Of a DNA stretch of 64,000 bases, positions 16,533 to 27,204 are shown one piece after another. Numbering within the stretch: the first letter of the stretch is position 1; the number at the start of each line of letters is the position of its first letter. A program made the position numbers and the translations under genes. Origin of the DNA: a virus; the IMG/VR virus record IMGVR_UViG_3300025684_000014, positions 32,001 to 96,000 of that record. The stretch is one strand, 5' to 3'. The notes beneath the pieces are model-generated. The model saw only the letters and a list, made by a program, of their open reading frames with translations. It had not been told where the DNA came from and did no database searches.

Positions 16533-17011
16533 TGGCTTCATTCAACGAGATCGTAAATTTTCTTAGCGACAAAAACAACATCCGCGTGGTCAAGACAATC
16601 GTCGGAGCTAACTACAAGCTATCAAATCTCATTGTAGACCGCGCACATACTGGTGCGAAGTTTCTAAAAGAGATGCAAAACGGTGACCGTCAAAATACTG
16701 TTGACATGCTAATCGAGCTTGCTCTTCCTGGTGCAAGGGAAATCATGAATAAGCTGCAAGAAGATGTCTCCAGGATCCATGAAGAGGCTGAGTCAAGAAA
16801 TGCAAAGCTGAACAAGCATGCAATCCGTATTGCAATGGAAGGACGTGTGCATCTTAGTGGACTGTTTACAGAGGTAGAGAGGCAAAATATTAGTAACGCA
16901 TCATATATCGAGCGCTACACAAACTTCTCAGCAAACTTGATTGATGGAAAGACTTATATTGTCTACTTCCATGAGGATAGTCCAAAGACTTACCTCTATC
17001 ACGGTGCATAA
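16532..17011 (+). CDS. Hypothetical protein
   Basis: RBS AAGGA; stop/start overlap. Confidence 0.65.
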   Translation: MASFNEIVNFLSDKNNIRVVKTIVGANYKLSNLIVDRAHTGAKFLKEMQNGDRQNTVDMLIELALPGAREIMNKLQEDVSRIHEEAESRNAKLNKHAIRIAMEGRVHLSGLFTEVERQNISNASYIERYTNFSANLIDGKTYIVYFHEDSPKTYLYHGA

Positions 17012-17014
17012 TAC

Positions 17015-17047
17015 TTGACATAAAAAAAATCGTCGTTATCTTATAAT
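17015..17047 (+). promoter_or_regulatory. Sigma70-like promoter for the tRNA cluster
   Basis: TTGACA at 17015 with TATCTT/TATAAT downstream, just before tRNA-Arg. Confidence 0.55.
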
Positions 17048-17072
17048 CAAAGAGGCTATATAGCCTCATAAC

Positions 17073-17146
<74 letters not shown>

Positions 17147-17231
17147 CTCCCCGCACCCTATTTTTCAAAGAAAGTTAAATAGGCAAAAGTCAAAAAAGCT
17201 CCTCAAAACTTTTTAACTCGTGCGGGATTTT

Positions 17232-17304
17232 GGGCAGTTAGCCAAGAGGTTAAGGCACCGGTCTCATAAACCGGCGATCCTGGGTTCAACCCCCAGACTG
17301 CCCA
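17232..17304 (+). tRNA. tRNA-Met/Ile2(CAT)
   Basis: Cloverleaf; CCGGT-CTCATAA-ACCGG. Confidence 0.92.
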
Positions 17305-17310
17305 CTTCAT

Positions 17311-17392
17311 GCCATCATGGTGGAATAGGTAGACACAGGGGACTTAAAATCCCCCGACTTATGTCGTGCGGGTTCGATCCCCGCTGATGGTA
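17311..17392 (+). tRNA. tRNA-Leu(TAA)
   Basis: Cloverleaf with long variable arm; GGGGA-CTTAAAA-TCCCC. Confidence 0.95.
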
Positions 17393-17419
17393 TTTCTTAA
17401 ACTGTAAAAAAGAGGTAAA

Positions 17420-17680
17420 ATGCTTAACAAATATAGCAACATGAATGTGTATATTGATGAGAAAACCTTCAATAAATACTTCGAAAACCCAGTAATAATG
17501 CAAGAAGTAACAACCTGGTCAAGTTTATCATGTTGTTACCTAATTGTGCAAAACGAAACAAGTGCGCAAAACCTCAAGTTCAACAAAAAAGTAATCAGTA
17601 CCGACTTAAGGGTTAGAGCTGTTATTGCTAAAAACCTTAAAAATATGACTTACTACACCCCTGTAATCTTAACAAAGTAA
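17420..17680 (+). CDS. Hypothetical protein
   Basis: Leader GTAAAAAAGAGGTAAAA-ATG, repeated almost exactly before 17694. Confidence 0.6.
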   Translation: MLNKYSNMNVYIDEKTFNKYFENPVIMQEVTTWSSLSCCYLIVQNETSAQNLKFNKKVISTDLRVRAVIAKNLKNMTYYTPVILTK

Positions 17681-17693
17681 AAAAGAGGTAAAA

Positions 17694-18020
17694 ATGGACT
17701 TCAAAGATTTCTTGCAACATTATATTGATAACAAATTCGAGAGTTCCTTTGAGGAGCAAGTCTTTTCAATAGAAGAGAAGTATGAGTGTGACCCATTCTC
17801 ATTCTTCCCAAACTGCCCAGAAGATGCAAAGACAAGCGTAGAAAGGTTGATCAAGTTAAGATCAACTGATACACAATTCTTTGGTATCGGTGGATGGGAA
17901 ACCATCAAGGGCATTGACAACTCAACGCCCAAGCACCATTACAAAGGTTTAGTAGAGTCACAAATCCGAAGAGAGGATCGTGCTTATATTTCCTATATGG
18001 TCCATGAGTTAAGACGATGA
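17694..18020 (+). CDS. Hypothetical protein
   Basis: RBS GAGG. Confidence 0.65.
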   Translation: MDFKDFLQHYIDNKFESSFEEQVFSIEEKYECDPFSFFPNCPEDAKTSVERLIKLRSTDTQFFGIGGWETIKGIDNSTPKHHYKGLVESQIRREDRAYISYMVHELRR

Positions 18021-18384
18021 CAACATTACAATTATGTTTTGCTGTAATCATGATAGGCGCACTATTTGGTCTAACAAACTACGACGAAAACATCAAAGAT
18101 AAAAATCCAATCAGAATGGCAAAAGCTATAGGCGTAGCTGTTTTATTTGGCTCAGTATTCTTATCTTGGTTTTTCATCATTCATGCAATGGAGTTGTAAT
18201 GTTCACAATCTTGCCAAAAAAGAAAAAGAATGGCGGCTCTAAAACTAGCTAGTATCTTCTTTTACTTTTCATTTGTGTGGGGCTTAGAAACAATTCTAAA
18301 CCTCATAGAAAAAACACCAGCAAATAAAGTAATCGCTCACTCAGCAATTATATACTTGTACGTAGAAAACATTAGGAGTTTGTT

Positions 18385-18672
18385 ATGGTAAGGCAAATTT
18401 GTATGGTATATTCTTCAAATGTCACTAGGTACGACTGGGTTACAAACGAGTACCTAATGAGTAGAATTATGACAAACGAAGAGATAGAAATTCATTCAGA
18501 GATCGAGATAGATGTAACAGACAAGTACCAAATGAAATACTTTGGTCCTGCAATCACTATCAACGATGATGGCGAGCAACCAGACGCCTACATCTTCTTC
18601 AGTGATGACCCTAACCTTGACAATTTCATCTCTCTGCTAGATCTAACAGACCATGATTATTATCTGTTCTAA
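18385..18672 (+). CDS. Hypothetical protein
   Basis: RBS AGGAG. Confidence 0.6.
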   Translation: MVRQICMVYSSNVTRYDWVTNEYLMSRIMTNEEIEIHSEIEIDVTDKYQMKYFGPAITINDDGEQPDAYIFFSDDPNLDNFISLLDLTDHDYYLF

Positions 18673-18936
18673 TATATGTTAATGATCTTTAGCTGCATAA
18701 CAATTATATTCTCAGCTATTGGTTACGCTATCGAATACAATTCATTCAGTATTATTCGGTGGTCAGCTATGGCAGTGGTGTTGTTACTTTGCAACACTTA
18801 TGAAAAATCAAATAGCGAATGCGTTGTTTATAAATAAAATCTTAAGCAATAGAGGTTTTCTTCTCCTTTGCTCTATTGCTTATGAGTGTCGTCAACTGCT
18901 CTTGTTCCGTAGCAGTATAATATACGGAACACCTAT

Positions 18937-19009
18937 GCACCTGTAGCTCAGTGGTAAGAGCAGGCGTCTTATAAGCGTCAGGTCACGAGTTCAATCCTCG
19001 TCAGGTGCA
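18937..19009 (+). tRNA. tRNA-Ile(TAT)
   Basis: Cloverleaf; GGCGT-CTTATAA-GCGTC. Confidence 0.9.
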
Positions 19010-19041
19010 CTCCCATTAACTAGTAAAAGAAAGAGTAGAAA

Positions 19042-19377
19042 ATGGATATCTTAACCGTTATCAACAAATACAGAATCGAAGAGTGGATAACACATGCTGG
19101 TATGCACCGATGCAAAATAAACGTAAATGATAAGTTTTACGTTTCTATTATTGCAGGAGAGGGTGCTTACTCAAATCCAAGAAAAAAACTACATGATTTC
19201 AGTCACTATTCTGAATATGAAGTGGCATTTTTTGACATGGAAAACAATTGGCTCAGAATTGTAGACGAAGAAGAATTCTTTTACGAGCGCTTCGAGTTTA
19301 CAGACGTAATGGGCAATCTCGCACCATTCGAAATCGATGAATTAATCACAAAACTTGATAAAAACTGGAAGGGTTAA
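19042..19377 (+). CDS. Hypothetical phage protein (distant paralog of 20153-20527)
   Basis: Shared pattern INKY...KFxVSI. Confidence 0.65.
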   Translation: MDILTVINKYRIEEWITHAGMHRCKINVNDKFYVSIIAGEGAYSNPRKKLHDFSHYSEYEVAFFDMENNWLRIVDEEEFFYERFEFTDVMGNLAPFEIDELITKLDKNWKG

Positions 19378-19378
19378 G

Positions 19379-19657
19379 ATGAAAAGTTACTACTTAAAAG
19401 CTACAAAGTTAATGGGCAAGCCTTCTTTTAGTGATGTTCTTGATGAAGTAAAAGAGCTAATTCAAGATCGATCATTAGAAGAAGTTTCTGATGTAATGCA
19501 TTCTCTTTGCAGGTACTTAAATGTGCCTGATTCAATTACATGGTATGTTGCTAATAAAACAGCAATGAAACATGCTATGAGAATGGAAGAAAGAGGATGC
19601 CCGCGTTCAGAGCGCAATTGCTTAGCATCAGCAGAAAACTGTTGTTGTCGTAAGTGA
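19379..19657 (+). CDS. Hypothetical protein with Cys-rich C-terminus
   Basis: EVKE..EEVSDV (MazG-like helices); GCPRSERNC. Confidence 0.6.
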   Translation: MKSYYLKATKLMGKPSFSDVLDEVKELIQDRSLEEVSDVMHSLCRYLNVPDSITWYVANKTAMKHAMRMEERGCPRSERNCLASAENCCCRK

Positions 19658-20152
19658 TTAGCCTGCCCCCGACAGGGGGCTAATGCCCCGACAGGGGCAT
19701 TACTACAATATTATCCAATATTTCACCAACCTTAACCCAAAAAAGGTGGGCTACGTAAGGAGACCTACCCTTGGCTCAAGGAGCGTTTATGTCTTTTAAC
19801 ACATGGTTATCAACTTTTAACGCAACAAAATCAATGCAAGCAAAGATTGTACTACTGTCATACCTAGACAAAGGTAAAGTTACGTCAGTACACTTTGTAA
19901 ATAAATCAAACCCATATCACGATAATATAAATAGTATTTTAAAGAGAGTATATGCTTTACGAGTACAACACTAAAGAGCAAATAGATATTCTACAAAGAA
20001 TGTCTAATTTGTCTACAATACTGTCTCAATTTGAATTAACAGGAAAACAAGATTCAAAAGATTATGAAGAATACTTAAAGATGCTTGATAATCTAGAAGA
20101 AATACTTGTCGAATTAAGAGAAAATCAAAACAAGAATACGTAAGGAGACGAA

Positions 20153-20527
20153 ATGGCTCAAACAAACGTAATTGATATGATTAATAAATACGCGCTTTCC
20201 AATATGCTCTGTAATAATCACGAAGGGCATATTATTCGCTTAGATATCGAAAATAAATTTGAAGTATCTATTGCTTTAGGTTGCAATAATCAATCACTGC
20301 CAACCACACCAATGTCTAGAATTGACCTTTATACTCATGCACAAATTGTATTTGCAGATTATAACAACAATCCACTAAATGTATCTTTTGAAGATATGTA
20401 CAAAGTGGATTCAATTGAAGTATCTGATTTTCTTAAAACTTACGATAAAGTTTGTTTTGATGAATTAGATTATATGATTATCGCAATTCTAAATTACATG
20501 GAAGAAAACGATGTCTGTATTCTTTGA
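20153..20527 (+). CDS. Hypothetical protein
   Basis: RBS AAGGAG. Confidence 0.65.
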   Translation: MAQTNVIDMINKYALSNMLCNNHEGHIIRLDIENKFEVSIALGCNNQSLPTTPMSRIDLYTHAQIVFADYNNNPLNVSFEDMYKVDSIEVSDFLKTYDKVCFDELDYMIIAILNYMEENDVCIL

Positions 20528-20766
20528 TTTAGATGCCTGTAATAACTTTCAACAAGTTTATGAGTACTTTTTAAAAAATAAACTTTTTGATGAGGCTTAC
20601 CTACCTATGCTTCGCTCTGTTTTTGATAAAGAAGGTGGTGTAAATATTTTAATAAATGAAAATGAACTCATTAGATTTACAGGTCTGATGCAAGAAAAAG
20701 ATATTGATTTTTGGGTTCAAACAGGTTGGACCGTTTACACATTTACTGAATAAGATTTTATATATA

Positions 20767-21042
20767 ATGAATAACAGTTTTACTAATATTGCCAATGAGA
20801 TTGGCAAGCTATTAGATGACAAAAACACTCAATATGGTTCTGCTTTCGAAACAGTTCCTCAAATACTTTCTATTTTGTATCCTAATGGTATCGCTCCAAA
20901 GGATTATCAAAACCTATTAACACTTACACGTATCTTAGATAAGGTACAAAGGATTGCTACAAATAATGGTAATGACCCAGAAGATCCGTGGCGCGATATC
21001 GCAGGTTACGCAATTTTGCAACTTTCAAAACAAGATAATTGA
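20767..21042 (+). CDS. Small nucleotide-modification-associated / dNTP diphosphohydrolase-like helical protein
   Basis: KNTQYGSAF...DKVQRI...DPWRDIAGYAIL. Confidence 0.6.
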   Translation: MNNSFTNIANEIGKLLDDKNTQYGSAFETVPQILSILYPNGIAPKDYQNLLTLTRILDKVQRIATNNGNDPEDPWRDIAGYAILQLSKQDN

Positions 21043-21404
21043 AATCTCTCAAAATAAACTAAATGCATTTAAAATTTTTATTTCTACTTATGAGCCAAGT
21101 TCTTATTTTGAGCAAAATAAAGCTAATTTTTTATTTGAACCAATGCAATTTATTGGAAATTATCAAGAAAAGCTTTTTGAAATAAAAGATACTTATTATC
21201 TTGCTCTTTTAGAAGAAATTTCTACTAAGCAATTTATGATTTATGGATTGCTTGATAACGATGCTTTTATTTTTGATCAACAAAACGCTTTAATTGAATT
21301 TGATACTTTATCTACTGAAGTTATCGATATATTTCAGTCTGAACTTTTTAAGATTTGTCAAAAGAATAGTTACTTACTTAAGAGTGATTTAGAAGGACAC
21401 TAGT

Positions 21405-21686
21405 ATGCCGTTTTTAGATTATATGATTTATGTTTTTGGTATTTATGGTTTATCTTGGTTGCTTACTCAATCAGCAATCTTTTTTGAGCCTCGAGACTGG
21501 CTTATGACTAAGTTTGATTTCATGGATGGTTTGCTCGGATGTATTGTTTGTACATCTGTGTGGCTCTCAAGTTTGTTTGTAATGTTTTATTTTCCAAATG
21601 AACTTTGGTTTACGAAAATAATTGTTGTTGGAAGTACAGTAACAACAACTTGGGCTTTAGCACAAATACTCGGAGACGCAGAGTGA
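21405..21686 (+). CDS. DUF1360-like membrane protein
   Basis: IFFEPRDWL...LLGCIVCTSVW. Confidence 0.6.
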   Translation: MPFLDYMIYVFGIYGLSWLLTQSAIFFEPRDWLMTKFDFMDGLLGCIVCTSVWLSSLFVMFYFPNELWFTKIIVVGSTVTTTWALAQILGDAE

Positions 21687-22768
21687 TAGTAACAAATAAA
21701 GTAGACGTTATTTTTGGATTACAATATGGAGACGAAGGTAAAGGTAAGATTGCCGCCGCTATTGCTCAGTTAAAAGCGCATAACCTCACCGCTCGTTACA
21801 ATGGTGGACCTAATGCAGGGCATACTATTGTTAGAGAAGATGGTAAGCGTTTTGAACTACACCAACTCCCAAGCTCTGTAGTTTATGGAGGCGATGCTTA
21901 TATTGGCCCAGGTACCGTTTTAGATATTGATAAGCTAGATCAAGAAATCGAAACCGTTTTATCTAAAGACCCAACTCTTAATTTTAATTTATATATTGAC
22001 CCAAGAGTACCAGTTATTGATACATCTCATATAATTGAAGATACTGACTATCAACATCGATTTCAGGGAAGTACAAATAGTGGTATCGCTCCTGCTTATG
22101 CTTCTTTTTATAATAGACGCGCGCGGACTGTAGTTGATGAAATTGAAGACAATCCTCCTAAACCAACAAGAAGCTATACAGTTAAGAAGATTGATTGCGT
22201 AAACTCTTTATTGCTTGAGGGAGCTCAAGGTTTTTATTTAGATATTAATCAAGGCGTATATCCTTATACAACTAGCTCACATTGTTTGCCTGCTGCAGCT
22301 GCAGCGACTTTTGGTTTTGATCCACGTACATTTAGAAACATTATAGGTGTTGCAAAGTGTTACGAAACTAGAAGTGGCACTGATCCGTATTTTTATGAGC
22401 ATGAATGTCGTGACCAAATGCCTCTTTTTGATCAAATTCGTAGGGCAGGTAGAGAGGTTGGCGTTACTACTGGTCGCGATCGCAAAGTAAATTACTTAGA
22501 TCTAGATAAACTTGTGAACGCTATAATTTCTTCAGGTACAAATATTGTAGTTATCAACAAGTGGGATATTCTCGAGGAGCTTCAAGTTTTTAAACTTTGG
22601 TATAATAAAAATCTTATAAACTTTAAAACTTTAGAACTTATGCAAACCTTTGTAGAAGAAACTATTAATTTTAAATGTTTAAATGCTTTCGAAAATGATT
22701 CTCAAACCCCTATTGTTATTCATTCTTCTTCTCCCCAAAACGATATAGATTGGTCTAAGTTTTTTTAA
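21683..22768 (+). CDS. purA: Adenylosuccinate synthetase
   Basis: GLQYGDEGKGK, GGPNAGHT, EGAQG, GVTTGRDR, NKWD. Confidence 0.95.
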   Translation: MIVTNKVDVIFGLQYGDEGKGKIAAAIAQLKAHNLTARYNGGPNAGHTIVREDGKRFELHQLPSSVVYGGDAYIGPGTVLDIDKLDQEIETVLSKDPTLNFNLYIDPRVPVIDTSHIIEDTDYQHRFQGSTNSGIAPAYASFYNRRARTVVDEIEDNPPKPTRSYTVKKIDCVNSLLLEGAQGFYLDINQGVYPYTTSSHCLPAAAAATFGFDPRTFRNIIGVAKCYETRSGTDPYFYEHECRDQMPLFDQIRRAGREVGVTTGRDRKVNYLDLDKLVNAIISSGTNIVVINKWDILEELQVFKLWYNKNLINFKTLELMQTFVEETINFKCLNAFENDSQTPIVIHSSSPQNDIDWSKFF

Positions 22769-23890
22769 ATGATTGAAAGATACTCTACACAAGAAATTTC
22801 TAGTATTTGGTCTCAAGATACTTATTTTAACAGCTTGTTTTATTTTATCACTGCTTATTTAAATTCTATTCTTGGTAGAGATATTAAATTGAAGTCTTAT
22901 CCTTCAATACCAAGAATTAAAGAAATTGAGAAGAAAACAAAGCATGAATTCGCTGCTGTGCTTTTGCATTATGAAAACCTACTAGATGATGAAGAAGCAA
23001 AAGCTTATCTAAATCATAAACTTACTTCTTCTGATGCCCTAGATACCGTTTTTACTTTTCAAATACAGTCAAGTGTTAACATTTTATTGCAACAGCTAAT
23101 ATCTTTGTATGATACTTTAGATGGTATAAATGCTGCTTATTTTACAAAACTTACAGTAGGTAGAACTCATGGTCGCCATGCTGAAGTAATTCCTTATACT
23201 CAACGTTTTGAGCATCTTATTTTTGAAATACAAGATTTTGAAGATAAACTTTTAGATATACAGAAATCTCTTTATCCAAAACTTTCTGGTCCTACTGGTA
23301 ATACTAATATTAGTTTAGAGATTTATGAAAAAATGACTTCAAAATATCCTTCTTTAAATTTCAATGAAGCCGCTTTTACTACTCAAGTAGTACCTAGACA
23401 TTTGCACGCTGATGTTATTTGGGCTTGTGCTTCTTTTGCAGCTTCTGTAGAAAGATTTTCTACTAATATGAGAATTCTTTCTATTGATGAAATTGCAGAG
23501 GTTTCTGAGTCGTTTACTCCAGGGCAAATTGGATCTTCTTCAATGCCTCACAAGAAGAATCCTGTTGGATTTGAAAATCTTTGCGGCATTTCAAGACTTA
23601 TTAGAAGTAATGTTACGCCTGCTTTGGAGAATATTGTTTTATGGTTTGAAAGAGATATGTCTCATAGCTCTGTTGAACGAGTTATTTTTCCTGATACATT
23701 TCAATTAACACATTATATGATTCGTAGATTAGATAATATTCTTAAAACTATGAATTTTAATACCAAGCAATCTAATAAAAATATCAAGCAATCAAATGTT
23801 TTAACTGCAACCAAAGAGTTTAATGATCTTCTTAAAACTATGCCTAGAAGTGAAGCTTACTCTATTATTCAAAAGAAGTATTTAGGATAA
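22769..23890 (+). CDS. purB: Adenylosuccinate lyase
   Basis: GRTHGRHAE, GSSSMPHKKNP, ERDMSHSSVER. Confidence 0.95.
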   Translation: MIERYSTQEISSIWSQDTYFNSLFYFITAYLNSILGRDIKLKSYPSIPRIKEIEKKTKHEFAAVLLHYENLLDDEEAKAYLNHKLTSSDALDTVFTFQIQSSVNILLQQLISLYDTLDGINAAYFTKLTVGRTHGRHAEVIPYTQRFEHLIFEIQDFEDKLLDIQKSLYPKLSGPTGNTNISLEIYEKMTSKYPSLNFNEAAFTTQVVPRHLHADVIWACASFAASVERFSTNMRILSIDEIAEVSESFTPGQIGSSSMPHKKNPVGFENLCGISRLIRSNVTPALENIVLWFERDMSHSSVERVIFPDTFQLTHYMIRRLDNILKTMNFNTKQSNKNIKQSNVLTATKEFNDLLKTMPRSEAYSIIQKKYLG

Positions 23891-24122
23891 TAACTATGTC
23901 TAAAGATATTGATCTGCAAGCTTTCGCCAACGACCTATATGATTTGTTAGATACTTATGATGTAGCGCTGACTAGCGCTCACTTTGCTAGACGATTACCT
24001 CAACGCAAAACAGGTGTAATGAGAATGCAACCTCTATTCTCTGCATTTTATGATGAGAATGGTCAAGTTTGGCTTATAGATGTTAATACTCGAGAAACTT
24101 ATTCTCCTAAAGATTTTGAACC

Positions 24123-24290
24123 ATGAGCATTTTAACTCCTAAACAAAATTATAAAGACAGACTCAAAACTTGTTTTGATTGCCCAAGTTACAATCCTACC
24201 CTTAAGCAATGTAAAGAATGCGGCTGTTTTCTTATTCTAAAAGCAGCTTTTGAATCAACTAAATGTCCCTTAGGTAGATGGAATGAATAA
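24123..24290 (+). CDS. Small Cys-rich protein (DUF6171-like)
   Basis: RLKTCFDC...CKECGC...KCPLGRW; manual translation, 55 aa. Confidence 0.65.
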   Translation: MSILTPKQNYKDRLKTCFDCPSYNPTLKQCKECGCFLILKAAFESTKCPLGRWNE

Positions 24291-24681
24291 TTTCTTTTTT
24301 TTTGTTTTAACTAATCCAGCAATTGTTTTACTCTTTCTTTCTCTTTTTACTATTATTTTTTTCCATATTTTTGTTTCAATTACAAAAGAAAAACAAGTTA
24401 ATTCATATATAAACTCTTCTAAATCTAAATATCTTGTAGTAGATGATGAAGGGTGGGAACTTTTTTGGGGATTTTCTTTAAGTTCAAGAAATTCTCATCA
24501 AGAAATTTTAGATACTTATTACTCTCGAGGTTATCAACTTCATAGTTTTACATTAAGAAACAATATGATTCCAAATGTTCCTTTAATAAAAAGCCTTTGT
24601 ATTTTTTTTATATATCTCTTAACTTTTGGTTATGTTAGTTATTATACAGGAAGTACTTTTATTTTTTACAAGGTTTAAGAA

Positions 24682-25140
24682 ATGAAGTTAAAACATATCC
24701 AGATGAGGATGCGTCAAGTTAAAGAGCTTACTAATATTTCTTCTTGTGAACGTCGTGGTGTAGCAGCTATTGCAGTCACAGAAAATAATATAGTGCTTTC
24801 TGAAGCTTATAATGGGTGGATTAGAGGAACAGAATCTTCTACCTGTAATCCTGAAGGACCTTGCCTTAGAGAAGGTTTAACTTCAGGGTCTAATATGGAA
24901 GTCGGCTGTATTCATGCAGAGCAAAATCTTATTATTAACGCCGCTAGAACGCAAACTAGCCTTGTTGAGTCTTGGGTTTTTCTTAGCACGTACCCTTGTA
25001 TGATGTGTGCTAAGCTTTTAGCGCAAGCAGGCATTTCTAGATTATTTGTATTAAAAAATTCTTACCCAATAGATGAAGGAATTACTTTCCTTCGAGACCA
25101 CGGAGTTATTTGTGTCGTCACAGATGTTACAAGTACTTGA
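24682..25140 (+). CDS. dCMP deaminase family protein
   Basis: HAEQN and PCMMCAK. Confidence 0.9.
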   Translation: MKLKHIQMRMRQVKELTNISSCERRGVAAIAVTENNIVLSEAYNGWIRGTESSTCNPEGPCLREGLTSGSNMEVGCIHAEQNLIINAARTQTSLVESWVFLSTYPCMMCAKLLAQAGISRLFVLKNSYPIDEGITFLRDHGVICVVTDVTST

Positions 25141-25355
25141 AGATTATTATTTTGATCCTAAACAAAACTATTATGTTCAAGCGTTTAAGCCAATTGGAGA
25201 TCAACCTGCCTATTATCATGCAGTAGGTTATCACTATGCAGTTAGACCTGAATCATATTTTATATTACCCCATAGGGATCTAACTAAGTTTGTTCTTTAT
25301 AAAGAGCGCACTGTACATCCAGATCAGCTTGAACTTTTTACTAAGGAACAACTCC

Positions 25356-25658
25356 ATGTCTGATATTTTTTACGACATGATTGGTAAGCCAATTCATGTT
25401 GGCGATTTATTTATTATCCCTGGAGGTAATCCTAGATTTGGCGGTCTCAAACTTCACCTTGGTCTTGTTGTCTCTAAGACTGACAAGACTATGACATGTG
25501 ATTATTTTGAGCTGCCTGAAGGAAAGCCTAAGGGTTCTGGAAGGAAAACACCTTCTAAAGTATTAAAAATTGACCCGCACTATTATTTAAACTATTGTAA
25601 GTTATTCGATGAGCTTCGCGAACGCGGTAATGCTCTTAAGATTAATACCAGGGATTAA
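25356..25658 (+). CDS. Hypothetical phage protein
   Basis: DMIGKPIHVGD N-terminus; RBS AAGGA. Confidence 0.6.
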   Translation: MSDIFYDMIGKPIHVGDLFIIPGGNPRFGGLKLHLGLVVSKTDKTMTCDYFELPEGKPKGSGRKTPSKVLKIDPHYYLNYCKLFDELRERGNALKINTRD

Positions 25659-25661
25659 CAA

Positions 25662-26174
25662 ATGAAATGGTTTACACCCTTCAATAAATATATTAACTGG
25701 CAGGAAATTGCCAATAACATCTCTTATATCGTTTCTCAAGGATACGAACATAAAGTAGTAATTGGCACTGACTCTCAACCTTTTAAAGAAGGTACAGTGT
25801 TTATTGTTGCGGTGTGTATCTTTTCTGAACATCCTGATTTTAAACAAACTTATTATTATGGTAAAGAACGCCAAGAAGCGTTCTTGCCTTTTTATCAACG
25901 ACTTCATCATGAAGTTCAATTGAGTTTAGATGTAGCAAATTCTCTTAGAGAATATACAGCTACTACCCAAAGAAAATTAAATATAGCTATTCATTTAGAT
26001 TTATCTGCTCAAGAAGCAAAGACAAAGTCTGGTAAGTATGCTTCTGGATTAATAAATCTTGTGAAAGCTTACGATTATCCTGACGTTGAAGTTAAGCCAA
26101 ACAGTTGGGCAGCTAGTTGTATAGCTGATAAGTACACTAAGAAACGTGAATTAGCACGTTTAGAAAGTAACTAG
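25662..26174 (+). CDS. RNase H-like YkuK/DUF458 family protein
   Basis: IGTDSQ, EVQLS, IHLD, KPNSWAASCIAD. Confidence 0.85.
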   Translation: MKWFTPFNKYINWQEIANNISYIVSQGYEHKVVIGTDSQPFKEGTVFIVAVCIFSEHPDFKQTYYYGKERQEAFLPFYQRLHHEVQLSLDVANSLREYTATTQRKLNIAIHLDLSAQEAKTKSGKYASGLINLVKAYDYPDVEVKPNSWAASCIADKYTKKRELARLESN

Positions 26175-26563
26175 TATGAATTTAGAACTGTTAAAAGAAA
26201 TATTAGCAGCCCTGTATTGGATTCTTATTTTTGTTGGTTTTGTTTATTTACTAATAACATATCCATTTCATGTTTTCTTTTTCCTTTTTATTCTTTGGAT
26301 TGTAAATTAATGATAGATATTCAATTACTTGTATTTAAGAACAGCATTGAGCATCTTAACCATACTTTTACTATGGGTAATAAAGCTTCTGCTTTAGCTT
26401 TTATTCAAAGAATGATTTCTGAATATATGCCAAAATCAAATTACACTCATAGGTATGACAACAGAAACGGTTCAGCCTTAGTTTCTGTAAAGTCATCTGA
26501 TTATTATGCTGAAATTTCAGTTCCCAGTGTTTATGTAAGTATAGAGGAGATAATTCAAACACA

Positions 26564-26935
26564 ATGGCAAAGCTACCCCAAGGGGCGATCGAACTCGCTA
26601 TAAGTCAGGCTAAGAAGAGTCCAATGTTACATCAACACGGAGCTGTTATTTGGAAAAATAACACTATCTTAGGCGCTGGATATAATTATCATAAAGCACC
26701 TCCAACTACAAGTTCTAGGAGGTACTCAATTCATAGTGAAAAAGATGCTCTTAATGGACTCCGACAAGACCAGATTTATGGCGCTTCAATGCTTGCCATA
26801 AGAGTAAGAAATGATGGAACTATAAGTTCTGGTGCACCATGTAAAGGGTGTACTAAATTGCTTACTAGAAAAGGTATTAAAAAAGTTTATTGGTACGATG
26901 ATAATGACAATCTTAATTGCACTTATTTAAACTAA
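26564..26935 (+). CDS. Cytidine/dCMP deaminase-like protein
   Basis: HSEKDAL and PCKGC. Confidence 0.85.
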   Translation: MAKLPQGAIELAISQAKKSPMLHQHGAVIWKNNTILGAGYNYHKAPPTTSSRRYSIHSEKDALNGLRQDQIYGASMLAIRVRNDGTISSGAPCKGCTKLLTRKGIKKVYWYDDNDNLNCTYLN

Positions 26936-27204
26936 TCATCTATCTCTGATTTTAAAAAAGTAAATTTAAATTTTAATTCATCTATTTTTGCAGATGATAA
27001 CTCTGATTTATTTTTTACTTCTTCAAAACTATTTTCTAAAGTTTCTAATCTTTCTAAGAAGTCTTCATTTACTTTATTTAATTCAAGTTTTTTTAAATAA
27101 ATCTTATAAACAAAATAAGCTATTACCATTAAAAATAAAATATAAATATTTTCTTCTGCTATTTTAATTAAAACCGGAGCTAATTCTTTGGTTTCTGTTT
27201 CCAT
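26932..27204 (-). CDS. Small membrane protein with coiled coil
   Basis: RBS AAGGAG; one TM segment. Confidence 0.6.
   Translation of the reverse strand: METETKELAPVLIKIAEENIYILFLMVIAYFVYKIYLKKLELNKVNEDFLERLETLENSFEEVKNKSELSSAKIDELKFKFTFLKSEIDD

Noticed and set aside
21683-22768. PurZ (2-aminoadenine DNA) interpretation
   Set aside because: The catalytic loop is GDEGKG (PurA), not the Ser-containing GSTGKG typical of PurZ.
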